In this document: positions 1 to 13,098 of the stretch, one piece after another | How positions within the stretch are numbered: the stretch's first letter is position 1 | Layout: every line of letters starts with the position of its first letter | Source: Trichosphaerium sp. ATCC 40318 | Taxonomy: Eukaryota; Protista; Tubulinea | Assembly (NCBI GenBank): GCA_038496445.1 | Contig: JALMLS010000342.1 | Coordinates: 248,877 to 312,876 of the forward strand | DNA length: 64,000 bases | Direction: 5' to 3' | Position numbers and translations under genes: made by a program | The notes under the pieces: model-generated | Told to the model about the DNA's origin: nothing | Seen by the model: only the letters and a program-made list of their open reading frames with translations | Database searches by the model: none

Positions 1-179
1 CCAGCGTGCTTTAAAGAGAATTGGGAACCTAAACAAAATGTTAGAAAGTACAACAGAGATAGTCACTCGTTACGAGGGTATCTACTACTGACAGTAACTA
101 TTGCGTTGCAGGACTTACAGAAGGTTTTATACTCGGGTAGGGTCATTTCTTCTCGTAAATTGTTCGGTATTTTTGACTC
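1..179 (-). CDS. Partial spliced gene of unknown function running off the left edge
   Basis: Minus-strand exon 179-74 (ESKIPNNLREEMTLPEYKTFCKSCNAIVTVSSRYP) bounded by an AG acceptor and a GTAAC...CTAAC...TTTAG intron like those of the other genes. No recognisable family with confidence. Confidence 0.3.
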
Positions 180-3100
180 CTACGCAAAGATAAGAAGGAG
201 ATAATTAGATTTATCCTGTGCGTCACATGATTTAAAACGAGTTTTTTTACAACTTCGTCGGGAGTTGTAGGTTAATTATTTTGTAACAACGTGTTTTGTT
301 TTGAAATACGTACTGAGCAGATGGTGTTCGAGTGACGCGCAATAGCTGAAGTGTTGTACAAAATGCTTTATAATGTGAAACACAACTTTTATTTAATTAA
401 CCCATTAGTTGCTCCAAAGCACTCGTAGATGAGAGATAGCGTGACCACCCTTCGTGTTCAGCTAACAACCCCCCATAATGGATCAGAGAACTTTTTCCAT
501 ACCACGCTAGTTCAAATGTTGAAGCAAGATAAAAAAAAATACGCACCAGTCTTCAACACATCCAGAATTAGAGAAATGGTGTAAAGTTAAAAAGTGTTTT
601 CTTTATCACTTTTAGTTTGGGTGATATTGCCTTACCTCCGTGCAGTTGTTGAGCTTAATTGTTTTAAGTGCCTTCATTTCAAAGGGTGCTTACCCAGTTG
701 GCGAGATTTGGTTGGTTCGTAATTGTACCTTTTGCAAAACCGCACCGTTCCGTTGTGCCTCCCCACGTGATTTATTTGAGACTCACGTGATTTTCTTGTC
801 TTGTATCGACGCAACATCTAGGTCTTCTACGGTAACAAAAATAAAAACCAAAAAAGAGCTATGGTGATCAGACGTACCACATTAAGAATTTAACAAATAC
901 AAAGACGGAGGTACGAATCTGCACTAGTACTACCATTTCCCAAGCTTTGTTCTGACTATTCCTAATTCGCAAAGGCTTACCCCAGCGTCACAACGCGTCT
1001 TGAGGCTCAATCCGTCACACAGTACGATGGTTTTTTATGTATAAACCATAACTCGAGGTATACTACCTCCAGTGCCTCAGATCAAGTATGCATGCGATAA
1101 AATACAGCGACAAAGCCAGGTGCGTGGCTTTTCTTTCATTTTGAAAATATATATGTCTCTTTGTTTTGTCACAATATTCTGTTTTTTAAGGCTTTGACGG
1201 ATACCTTGTATCCACTAAGCGTAATATATTAGAGTACAAGACCCTACGGCATTAAAAATAAGGGAAAAAAAGCTGATAATGCGGAAGTACAAAAAGTGCC
1301 AAACGGAATAAGGCGCGAAATGCACTAAAGTATAATTAGTACGTACGTAAGTAGTCGCTTTACGAATTTTGTTTTAACCATTGCCAGCCGCATATTCACC
1401 TCATTACGAAAATTGCAAGGTCTCATAACACTCGCGTGCAGATTAAACGTTTTTTTTTGTCGTTTCGAGCCACGTGCTTGGAATAAAAAGGCTAAACGCA
1501 AAGTCAGGGCGATAATGGAACATGCAGTTACACAAATGAAAAACACCGTACCGAGGCAAACTTTCGAAACAAGGATGCTTGCGATCACAAGCTAGAACGC
1601 TCGTCCGTAAAATAGCGCGACTCTTCATTGTTTTATTTTCGTGAAGGCGGTGACACGAAATAAAGGCACGTAGATTCGTCCTCGTCTTTTTGGGCAGTTT
1701 GTTGTAATTCTGTTTTGGTCTTCTGCTTCCAGTTTACGTAATGACCATACATTTATTGCGTCTAATGACCGTCATCACGATTCGTTTGATGTCATACTGT
1801 TTAAAGTACGTTCGACACTGGCGATACAATTACGTATTCTTCCTTAATTGAATGTTTTAAGTAGTTAGAGGTTATGAGAGCGCTGAATTGTTGACAACAT
1901 ATAACCCTTTGGTGGCGTAGTTTGCATGGTGACGAAAACTTGAATGTGTATTTTTACTTCAGTGCAGATAACAGCGCTAGTCCTGCCGCCAACTCCTACT
2001 AATACTTCGTGTAGTGCTTGCTGTGTGTGAGGTTTTTGTAAGTATAGAATACAACAAAATATTTTATGTAGTATTTTAGTATCACAAAGGTTTGTGATGC
2101 TTGAGTATGTTCGAGAGCGTTCGTGATTTTACTACTAATTTAAAATAGTTTATTATTTTCTAATTGAGTTGCACCGATATCACGTGGGTTAAAAATTATG
2201 TTGGATTTGCTCAAAATAACAATAGTTTATTTTTTCTTTTTCTTTTCTTTAGGTAGTACCGTATTCTTAAAAAAACTCACCCGACAAATTGTTTTGAGTA
2301 CGTAGACGTTTCAGTATGAACGCTAATTATTATTAGTAGTACGACATCTCTTAGCATTGGTTGATTAGTTTATTTTGAAACTTTTAGTTGTGGCAAAGAG
2401 GTACAAGCGAGAGCGTTTTATAAATTTTTTGAAAAAATTTTAAATTAGTCAACTTGTTTGTGAACGAACCTTCACTTATAACCTGAAAAAGAAGTAATTC
2501 TTATTTATGTTTTAGAGTGTAAATTGAGTGAAGTCGTAACCGAGGAAAAATATCTCGAGACAAAACTGTAGTTTAGCTTTAGACTAAAGTTGCCGCGTAC
2601 GTTTCTAGTATAAACCTATTGTGTTTTTCAAAAACTACACTACTATTTATAGTCCGGAAAACGTGCGCAGAAGTATTCAAAAAAATAAAATAAGCATTGG
2701 ATTTGAATCTATCACTCCTTATTCGAAACCCGGGGTGTCTTCAGTACCGTTACTACATGAAGTCTGTCGCTAGAGTATGAAAAAAAAAGAAGAACAAACT
2801 CCGATTTAAAAAAGCTCAGCGTACTAAACCAAAACACGTGCGTACCAGTCAATGTTATGCTAAATTTGTTTTAAATGGCGTCAAACGTGAGCAAAGTTGC
2901 TTAAGAGTTTACTTGCACACTTCCTCAGGACTTTCGAAAAAAAAACGACATAAAATCACAGACGATGGATTGAAGTTTTTTTTCCGCGTTTGGATGGCGT
3001 AACAGAGTTACGTCCTGCATTTACGGTACGTACTATAACGAAATCAACGATTATGACATCAACTTGTGTCGCTATCCGAGAACGCCTATAACATATTATT

Positions 3101-3251
3101 GAACCAACACGTGTAAAGCATGAACAAACAAAAAATCCCGCGTTGGCGATGTACACATAAAAATAACCTCGGAAGTTTCACGCCGGACTTTTAAAAACAG
3201 CTAATTCTCACAAGCACAGCATCAAGAGCTCCTTTCTAAAATTCCATTCCT

Positions 3252-4556
3252 ATGCACAACCCTATTTTATTCCCAAGCGATGGTACTATCACCTAACGAT
3301 TCAATAAAGAGAGTTGACTTTATATTTAGTTGCTAGCGAGAGCGAGCAAGAGCTTGTAGTTCCAAAGACAATGATTATAAAGAACGAGAGTTTAAAAACG
3401 ATAACGAAGTACAAAACCGGGAAGAAACTGGGAGAAGGCGCCTCTTCTGTCGTCTACGCGGCCAAGACATCAAAAAAACATAAACGAGTAGCTTTAAAAT
3501 TTTTCAAAACCAAATTTTATGCGAAACACGTGAGTCTTGTTGAAGAGGAGGCCAAGATTATTCGAAGTTTCAAACATCCTAATATTGTAAAGTTATTGGA
3601 TACATCTGTTCAAAACAGTACGTAGATAATTATTGTAGCAGTAGAAAACGTGTTTCTTCCTTGTGAAGTAAAAAAATCTTTTCTGTTTTTTTTTTATTTT
3701 TATTTTTCGTATTATCATTCCTTTTTTGGCTCTGTTTCGAAAAAGGCTCTTTAAAAAACCCTTGCCTTTACTTTGTATTAAAAAAACACCAGTCACCACG
3801 TTTTGTTTAATGAATAATCACATAACCCTCGTGTAGATGTTCCCGTGTTTGTTTTTGAAAGATGCAAAGCAAGCCTTGGAGTCACACTAGACGAAAGACC
3901 CTTTGTACTATTATCCACGTACAAAAGTATAATACGACAAATTCTTGGCGCCCTCGTAGCAATACACGCAGCCGGTTACGTCCACAGAGACGTTAAAGTT
4001 GGTACGCCCAGAACTAAGAAATAAAAAACAGCTCTAACTCAGTTTTGTAGAAAATATTCTTGTAGATTACGCGGGTTGTGTTAAACTAGCTGATTTCGGA
4101 TTCGCAGTCACTGTTGATAAGGCCTTGAAAGGGGCTTCTAATGTAGCTGGCACTCGCTACGTACGCATTACTAAGTTTAAGCTTATCCTAACAACCTTGT
4201 AGTACATGCCACCTGAAGCTTTTGTAGCTCCGCGAGCGTATAATGAGACTTTTGATATCTGGTCTGTCGGTATACTCACATTTAAGTTGTTGGCACAAGT
4301 CGACCATTATGAAATGCACGGGCGAACCAAATACGGCAGTGAGCAAAAGATGATACAATTATACGCCAAGGGCACGCTTGACATGAAACCTTACAAGAAA
4401 GATCTGGGTCGCGAAGAATTTGAGTTCATTTCAGCTGCTTTAACTGTTGATTTCTTGAAGAGACCGAGCGCAGCGGAGTGTCTAAAACTTGCTTTTTGTA
4501 GAACACCACCGAAAAAAAGGAAGCACAGAAGATTTTTGTCGGTCTCCAAGTCCTAA
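3252..4556 (+). CDS. Ser/Thr protein kinase (CAMK-like), spliced
   Basis: GEGASSVVY G-loop, VALK, HPNIVKL, HRDVKxENIL, LADFG, GTRYMPPE, DIWSVG and RPSAAECL across GT-AG introns. Start MHNPILFPSD at 3252 inferred from a phase-1 intron. Confidence 0.92.
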
Positions 4557-4795
4557 AGAAAGACAAAAAAATCACGTGATACAAACAAAACCAAAAACTC
4601 TAGAAACAAAATTTTGTCACCTGGGTTTAAAAATTCAGTGATGACCTCTGGGGTGCTAGTGTAAATAAACTGTATTAATATTCGTTCGTAACTCTTGAAG
4701 TGAATAAAAAAATACAAACAAAAAAAAAGTGTTGAGTGGTTTTTATTTGGATTACATGAGATTGTATCACATGGCTACTTATTGGTAGTAATACA

Positions 4796-6638
4796 CTACA
4801 GTTCGTAATCTTCTTCGTCAGTATTAAGATCCACTGTAGGCGACCCTTTATCTATAAGCGCTGTGCTATTATGACGCTTTACTACAGGGTCGGCTGTGGA
4901 TCGTGAGTGAGTGCGCATACGCCTAGGTTTGCGTGGTGGAGGAGCCAAACTGAGTGTTTGTAATCCTAAGTACACATTGGCTGATAACCTACATTCTGTT
5001 AGTGAAATTACTTTTGTATTATACCATACCAGAAGAGGTACCACCATACTACACGACCAACTGGTTTTGTGGTTACGCCCATTGCATAAGGAATGTAAAG
5101 AGCTACCATTAACACTATTATAGAGGCAATACTGAGCAGCTTGATCAACATCTAGCATGGTCATTAGTGAGTATTAATTCTCTATCATTTTGTACTTACA
5201 TCTCTAAGTGCTCTTTGCCTTTGTGTAGTTGCTGATGACTGTAATTTGGCAGCATTAGCCTTATATACACTGTATACGCGTGCTATAGTTACAACACAAT
5301 ATAACACAGTACATATCGATGTAATAGTATAGAACAAAGCAGTCGCAAATGCCATCTGTCAACAAGAATATTAGCAAAAAAAGCTAATGGAAACACATTT
5401 TTGACGCACAGCACGTAGTAAAGAAGGGAATATAGCCCTTAGCATAGATGCTGCAAACTCTTGCAACAATAAAATAGCCATCCATGCGAAAAAAACCCAA
5501 CGATACGTGTCAAGGAAGGCAGGAGCGTAAATACTCATCTGTTTGAGGAACTCGTGCCTAAAATACCATCAGTTTTTGTCAAAGGGGTACATATTTATGA
5601 CATACCAGTACAGGGCAACAAGCATTGTTGGTGCAAGAATAAATGGTAGGGAAAGAGTAACAAGAATTTCGTTCATGTAGTACGGGTAAATGTTCCTTGT
5701 TCCCAAAGGATCAATAGGAAAATAAGCAAGCATCACTAAGAGTGGTCAGTACAAAGTGTCGCAGTGTTATGTAAACGAAAGCCCAAGTCGTACATAGAGA
5801 TGCGAATATACCAAAACAGATACCAACAAATCCAACACTACATTGTTTCTTCTTTCGCGTGACGTATTGCACAAACCTAAGGGCATTCAATGAACAAGCT
5901 TGCTGGTACAGCTGGAGACATGTGGTTGTACTCACCTTACAGAGGCAAAAACGAGATTTGCTAGAATGAACAAAGTCATGCTAGCTTGCCACACAATCAT
6001 ACCAATGGACGTGTAGACGTCGTACCAGTCGTTGTTTTCTACTTCCATTAGAGGTCTCTAGAACTTTGTTTGTAGCGTACGTGGTAAGATTAGAGCTTCC
6101 ATTGTAATGTTAACGTTGTCTAGAGGAAGATTATCAATGTCATCTTCGTCAACAGCCACAATTGGTATTGTAATGTCATCGGTATTCGACCCGTCTACAA
6201 AGTACATCTCGTTCCCAGGGCGAGAGTCACTACATACAATAGCTTTTGCTTGTAGTAGCTCTCGAAATTTAGGCTCAAATGGAATGGCGCAATCACGCAA
6301 TATAACGATGGCTCCTGTGTAGTCGTTAAACCTGCGCTAAAAGTAATGATTTTGCACCCGAAATGTTGTTTGCAGTTGACAAAACAAGTTGTCCTGTAAT
6401 GTTCGCAAACTCTAACGAGTTACCGCCATATTTTAATGGCCATACCCTAGTGCATATTTAGGGGCATGCTGGGTAGCTGGTTGGGAACTTGTACCTTAAA
6501 GTGGCGTTTTGTCCGTTTGAAGACTCCACAAACATTTGCGTAGCTACCAAAGGCGCACATACTAACTAATTAACACGCGTAAACAAACCGTTGCGTACGG
6601 AGAATAAGCAAGTAGATTATCGGCGTGTAGTGTGTCAT
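4796..6638 (-). CDS. Signal peptide + PA (protease-associated)-like ectodomain + ~7 TM helices; GPCR/THH1-TOM1-like membrane protein, paralog 1
   Basis: Hydrophobic N-terminus; ITGQLV..GAIVILRDCAIPFEPKF..AKAIV..ITIPIVAV (PA-like); then multiple TM segments with DPLG and LVALYWHE motifs shared with 15623-17340; Ser/Arg-rich cytosolic tail (ORF 4796..5164). Confidence 0.7.
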
Positions 6639-6864
6639 TTGATAGTCTATATTACTATCTAACCATTCACAGTTCAAAAGGATAACGGTGTTTGATCTTT
6701 TGTCGTGTTGTGGCTGACTTTTACTCTGTTTGGCGTTTACACGTACAGTGGATTGCTAAGCGTCTATGTCAGCTATTTTTGACTAGATGACTTTTTTCAA
6801 CAACAAATTAAAACAGTGGTAATCAAAATTCAGCACTATTCATAACCCTTCTTGATACACAGAG

Positions 6865-8427
6865 ATGGCTCGCTTGAATGTACTGGTACGTACATATTAT
6901 ACGTTGCAGAAAAGCAAAATAGATACGAAGTATTAATAAGCGTTGTAGGTACTCATAAGCGCTACAGTACTTGTTCTGGCTGCGAATGCCATTCGTTATC
7001 CCACAAAATACTGTAATCCAGGCACAAAACTACCTATGGAGAAAAAAGAGCACGGAGCATCCTTACAACTGGTCCAAGGCATTCGAATTGAGTAAAATAA
7101 CGTGTCATTAATTCCAATTTGCAGTATTGACAAGACATGGAGACAGATCACCTGTTCACGGATGTAAATGGACTGGGTACGCACATGTCAATGCAACCGT
7201 CCCATAATGCTCAACATAGCAACCAACATTTCAAGTGTGACTCATCATCTTACCTTGGGTTTGGTACTACTGAGCTAGAGCAACCTCTGTACAAAAAACA
7301 ATACATTTCCGGTTGCGAGAGAGGTTAGAAATTATATGGCATGCCAAATTACTTATTACAACAAAAGGTCAGTTGACAGGTCGCGGATTTCAACAACACG
7401 TTACAAACGGCAAAGAAGTTCGTAGATACTACACAGAAGTATTAGGTTTCTTACCAGAAAAATGGGAAATTCCTGATTCTGTGTATTTGAGAAGTACTGA
7501 TTACATGCGCACTATTCTCTCGGCAGAGGTAACTTTATTGCAACTTTGTTCTCCTAATTTCAATAGGCATTTATTAATGGTGTATTTGGAACAGAGACAA
7601 GCTTTAGACGTACAGTGCTCACCATGAATAAAGAAAGAGACGTTTTGTATCCAAACCCAAGAAGGTGTCCTTTATTGCAACACAACTACGAAGCTTTTGA
7701 GGAGTCAGCTCTAAACAAGGATCATCATGAGAAAGTCACAAAGCCTCTAAGAGTTGACATTGCTAAGGCACTTGGTATTGAAGAAGAAGAAGTCCAAGGC
7801 ATGGAAGTATACGCTGATTGTGCATATTGTTACTTATGTCACAACATGGATATTCCAACAGCCATAGATCAACATCTTTTTGACAGAATTAGTGAAGAGT
7901 TTTTATGGCGCTACAGGTACCCTATCGCTCATATTATCTGTGTTTACAGTATTCTAGAACGAGAGGAGGATACCCATCTCCTATTGAAAATGGAAGGCTT
8001 GGAATTGGTGAAATCTTGAAAATATGGATTGACAATGTTAACACAAAGATTGCTGACGCAAACTCTCCACTTCAGCTTTCTGTAATGGCGGTAAGAGTTG
8101 TTTAATTTTTGTTGATCTGGCCCTTCGCAATTTTAGTACTGACTAGCGTTCAAGGCACATGACACAACTCTCCTTCCTCTCCTAGAGGCTTTCCAGGTTC
8201 TCGAAGAATGGCCAGGTTATGCAGCGACTGTAATTTTAGAGCTATGGGAGACTGAAGGTACTCACGCCATTCGTCTACGTGTAAATGGCGAATCTGTCCT
8301 TATACCAGGATGTGACAAAGAGCTATGCTCATTTAACTTATTTATGGATAAAGTTGCCAAACAATTTTTGCCTATTGAGGGAGAATGCTTTCGCTCGCCA
8401 CAATCCAAAAACAAACCAGAATTGTAA
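6865..8427 (+). CDS. Secreted/lysosomal histidine acid phosphatase (clade 2)
   Basis: Signal peptide MARLNVLVLISATVLVLAANA; RHGDRSP, GQLTGRG, LRSTDYMRTILSA, AHDTT and WPGYAATVILELW motifs after splicing. Confidence 0.93.
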
Positions 8428-8640
8428 ATAAACATTTCTTGGATTTTACGTGCACAGTACAACCAAAAGTTCTATTACATTTTCCAGACCACGAACGCCA
8501 CCTACGCTATCACCAATGGAAATCTATTGAACAATAATTGATCTGTCACATTACTTTGGGATAGAACCATTTTAGTGCCAGGGTTGCCCTGATTTCGGTG
8601 AAGAAAGTTTAAATTGTAGTTTCTAGATTCAGTACAAACC

Positions 8641-11146
8641 ATGAAGCTTCTCTTGCTATCTTTAGCATTTGCTCTGACAGCAGCACTTGTACAAGACTCT
8701 GTCGATTATGATCGCGTACCAAACGTGCCAACCCATTACTTTACAGCCCCAAAAGGTATCGTATATTTATCATTTACGTACCACTAATAATTTATAGGCA
8801 TGAAAGCACTTGCAGGCCCATTTGAAGGTACAAGAGTACGTGTTTTATTTTTCAATTTATTATTTAACCAAATGTGTCTAACGGGTTTAGACCGATGTAG
8901 CCTTGGCTTACATGCGACTCAAACACCCTGGAACGCAATGGACAGTAACAAGTGATTATCAAACAAAACATAATGGCGTAGAACACGTTTACTTGCGTCA
9001 AGTAATCAACGGCATAACAGTACGCTTTTTTTCTACTTAACGAACCCTTTTGTAGAAAATTCGACATTAAATTCCAAAACGTGCTCTAACGCTATTTCCG
9101 CTTTAGATCGTAAACGCCGTTGCTAATATAAACATTCTCAATGGCATGATCCTTAATATGGGCCACACTGTCTACGATATTTCAAGAGGCACACCTGAGA
9201 TGCCTCCATCAGAGCTTCCATTCGGCCATTTGACTCCTCAAAAGGCACGTTGTGATCAAATGTTACTTGAGGCGCGAATTCGCTAATACTTCCGAAAAGG
9301 CACTTTACGCCGTTTTGGATCACGTGAAGAGAACTGACAAAGCTTCCATGGAAACACCAGAAACATCTTTCAGCTACATTATCCTTGAAAGCGGTGAGCT
9401 AGCTTTAGCACACAGAGTACGCATTCGTATATACTATTAGCCGACTTCTAACGTAATCATCCTGTAGTTGGTTGTCGACTTGCACGATGACGTATATGAA
9501 TCATACGTTGATGTTCAAACTGGTGAAGTCCACGGCTTGTACAACTGGGTCCAATCCGAAGCCCCAACAAACGCTGAATACACTGCATACCAATACCCAA
9601 TCACCGATCCAGGAAAAGGTACAGGTGAGCGCTCAAACTTGATGAACCCATGGCAATCATTCGGTGATGCCAGTCCAGAAGGATACCACGACCAAGTACG
9701 TTTGATTTATTAACTTTAGTGTACTCACGGTTTTTTTAGGGTACAGGTGAAATCTACCACGTGACTATCGGAAACAATGTATACGCACAAGAGAACCGTG
9801 ATGGATCTAGCTCTTGGATGAACAACTACAGACCAGATGGAGGTACAATTATAGCGTGGCGAGTTTGATGTACTAATGCTGTTTGTAGGTAATCCAAGCC
9901 AAGGACTTCTCTTCTCCTTCCCTATCGACTTTGGTCAAGAACCACGTCAATACGAAGATGCTGCTATTAGCAACTTGTTTTACTGGAACAATCTCATCCA
10001 CGATTTGTTCCACATTGGTGGTTTTGACGAAGCATCAGGAAACTTCCAAGAAAACAACTGGGGTCGTGGTACGTACAGAATAACCAAAAAACCAGAAGTA
10101 TTTCGTTCTTCATGAATTAACTTTTTTAAGGCGGTCTCGGAAACGATGCCGTACAAGCCAATGCCCAAGATGGCGCTGGATTCAACAACGCCAACTTCTA
10201 CACACCACCTGATGGTACGTCAAAATCTTATCGAACTCCGACTCACTTCTGTCTTCAGGTCAAAGACCACGTATGCGCATGTACCTATGGACTAGCGCCA
10301 CTCCTAGAATCGATGGAGATCTAGACTCTGGTATTATTGTACACGAATATGGTCACGGTATTTCCAACAGGTACTTAGAAGACTATGATTTTTTTTTGTG
10401 AGCACAGTAACTTTTATTGACACCTTTAGATTGACTGGAGGTCCAAGCGTCGTTAACTGCCTAAGAAGCGGTCAATCAGGCGGTATGGGCGAAGGTTGGG
10501 GTGATTGGTGGGCAGTGATGCTTGAGACTCAAGCCTCTGATACCGCTAGTTCATCTTTCCCAATGGGCGTATATGGTAATGCTTCCAGTTGCTTGTTTAA
10601 ATATTAATACTTTATGTAGCTACTAAAAACCCAAAGGGCATCCGTAACTTCCCATACTCTTACGATATGAACACTAACCCACAAACTTTCAAGTACATCT
10701 CTGAAAGCGGATACAGTGGTGTCCATGCTAAGGTGAGTCACAACATTTATGCTTGCTTATTAACTGTTATGTCAGGGAAGTGTTTGGTGTGAGATTCTCT
10801 TTAATGTCTACTGGGAATTGAGAACCGCAAACGGTTATGACCCTGACTGGATTAACGGTAAAGGAGGTAACAACGTCATCTGGCAAAATGTCATCGACGG
10901 TCTCAAGTAAGTATTAGCCCTCATCCCTGGTGTATTCTAACCTAACAACTTTCTAGACTCCAACCTTGCAATCCAGACTTTGTCCAAGCTCGTGATGCTA
11001 TTATTGAAGCTGATAAAATTAACTTTGGCGGTGTTAACGTTTGCACAATGTGGAAGGGATTTGCCAGACGTGGTCTTGGTGTCAACGCTGTTGCAACTTC
11101 CAACCCTGTCCGTGAAGACTTCACCACCCCATCAGAGTGTCAATAG
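8641..11146 (+). CDS. Fungalysin / peptidase M36 extracellular metalloprotease precursor
   Basis: Signal peptide [15 protein letters not shown]; propeptide [16 protein letters not shown]; [72 protein letters not shown] and [16 protein letters not shown]. Confidence 0.96.
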
Positions 11147-11200
11147 GCACAAAATCACACCTATTAAATACATTTGTATTCGTTTTATAAAAGTACATGT

Positions 11201-12615
11201 TTATTTCATTTCGTCAGCTTCATCTTGTTGTGAAGAAACTGGTGTTTGTTTCCGTCTTGTGTGCCAACATTTTTTTTTGAAACCTCTTTTCTTTGTTGCT
11301 AGTTTATGATAATTTACATTAGAATCATCAAGGTTCTCACTTTCCTCACTCTCTTCATCTTCTTCGTCTTCGTCCTCTGCTTTGTCTCCTTCACTCCCTT
11401 CGCTATCTTGTGCACTTTCATCCTGTTCATTTTTTTCATCAGAGTCAGCGTTAGCTGCATTTTTATTGTCTTTACTATCATTGTCAATAGATTCTTCTTT
11501 TTCTTCTTTTTCTTCTGCTTCGTGTTCATTATCCTCTTTGTTCCCTTTATCATTTGTGGATTCTATTTCCATAGCGTCACTTTGGTTATTGTCCTGCGCT
11601 CCAGTTTTATCTTCATCACTATCGTTTTCTTTTGTGGTAGCTTCTTTTACATTATTGTCGCCTTCAGTACTCTGCACTGGTACTCTTACACTTTTCTCCT
11701 TTTTTTGCTGTTTTCTGGGCCTCCTTGGTCTCTCCACACTGCTGTCAGGTTTCTTACGCTTTGGTTTCTTTTTGGGTGTTTTACTTGACAGTTGGACTGA
11801 AGCAAGATCTGCTTTGGAGTATTTTGCGAGTGTCCGTTCTAAGAGAGCGTTTATGCGCTCTTCTTCAGTCTTTAAAACAATGTCAGTGTATTCAAAAGGG
11901 CAAAGGGGTAATGAGGTGACAGTAGTCATACCAGCATTTTTTTCGGCTCCTCTTTCAACTTTTGTTGTTTGTTTGCTCGCTCCTCTTTTTTTTTCTTCTC
12001 TTCAGCACGCTTACGGGCAAACCTTTGTAAAATACTTTCAGCAGCGGATGCTTTGGCAGCAGATGCTTTGGCAGCTTGTTTTTGAGATTTATTATTCTTC
12101 TCCTTCTCTTCTTCCTTGGTAATCACCATGTTCTCCAAGTTGGCTTTCATGGCTGTTGCATCAAGTTAGTTTATTGTCATTTACGGTTGACACTGACATA
12201 CCATCTCTTACGCGTTCGTGAATGTAGTCTCCCATAGATTCAACAACAGCACTCACTTCCCGCTCTAAATCTTGAAAATATGTGGTTCTAGACAGTATTA
12301 AGTTGCGAATACGGAACTAGTACTACCGTGCAATGATTTTTTGAACGTCTTGGGCAATTTGAAGGCGATTCTTGTTTGTAATTTCTCTACGTTCCAAAAT
12401 ACGCGAGCCCTCTATTAGATTTATTGTTTTTTGCTTGTAATGCCCAATTACATTCTAGATTCGTCAATACTTTAATAGCATTGCGTAATTACCTTTTCCT
12501 TGAGGTCTTTTATTACTATTGAACGCAGTTTATCGAATGTGCCATCTAGTTTGAGCTGCTGGAAGCATTTCTGCTCCTCTGCCGATTTGGCATTGTTATT
12601 AGTGGCTCTATACAT
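11201..12615 (-). CDS. BOD1/Shg1 (COMPASS)-like N-terminal domain protein with long acidic/basic low-complexity tail
   Basis: N-terminal CFQQLKLDGTFDKLRSIVIKDL resembles the BOD1/Shg1 'LKxxGxFDxLR' motif. ORFs 11926..12150 and 11201..11929 are joined by a GTATGA..CTGAC..AAAG intron. Start codon uncertain. Confidence 0.6.
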
Positions 12616-13098
12616 TGTTACAGTGTAATGTCATCGTGCTCAATTGGAATTATTTTTATTTTATTTCTTTATTTAACGTCAAAAGAAGTCAACTAAGACA
12701 ACTTCTCTTAGCATTAAGAGCACAGTTCATCAGGCCGTCGTACGGCGCTATTTAAGTTGAACAGTGTGACGCAGCCCTTTAACATTTTGCGGCTGATAAC
12801 TATTATTACAAGAGCACCATTGATCCTACAAGTCCGAGAGCCAAGTTCATCCATTTGTACTTTGTCGTCATCTCGCCAATAAAATCTCAATTGGAATTAT
12901 GCTTGTTACTGTACTTACAAAATCGGTTAACTTAAATTCACAAAAAGTCAACGAATAACAACTTAACTGCAATACTGGAGATTTGTATTTACATAAAAGT
13001 ACAGATTATAGGCGGTAGGTTGTCACCGCTGTTGAAAAACTCACGCCTTACGCGTGTCACCTTTTTTTTTTTTTTACCCTTGTCATTCAAGGCTTTCA

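Noticed and set aside
11926-11990. Apparent frameshift between ORFs 11926..12150 and 11201..11929
   Set aside because: Explained by a normal GTATGA...AAAG intron joining KKML to TEEERIN.
11306-12122. Long + strand ORFs (160 and 246 aa) rich in Ser/Phe/Leu
   Set aside because: Antisense shadows of the Glu/Asp/Lys-rich minus-strand gene; no independent coding signal.
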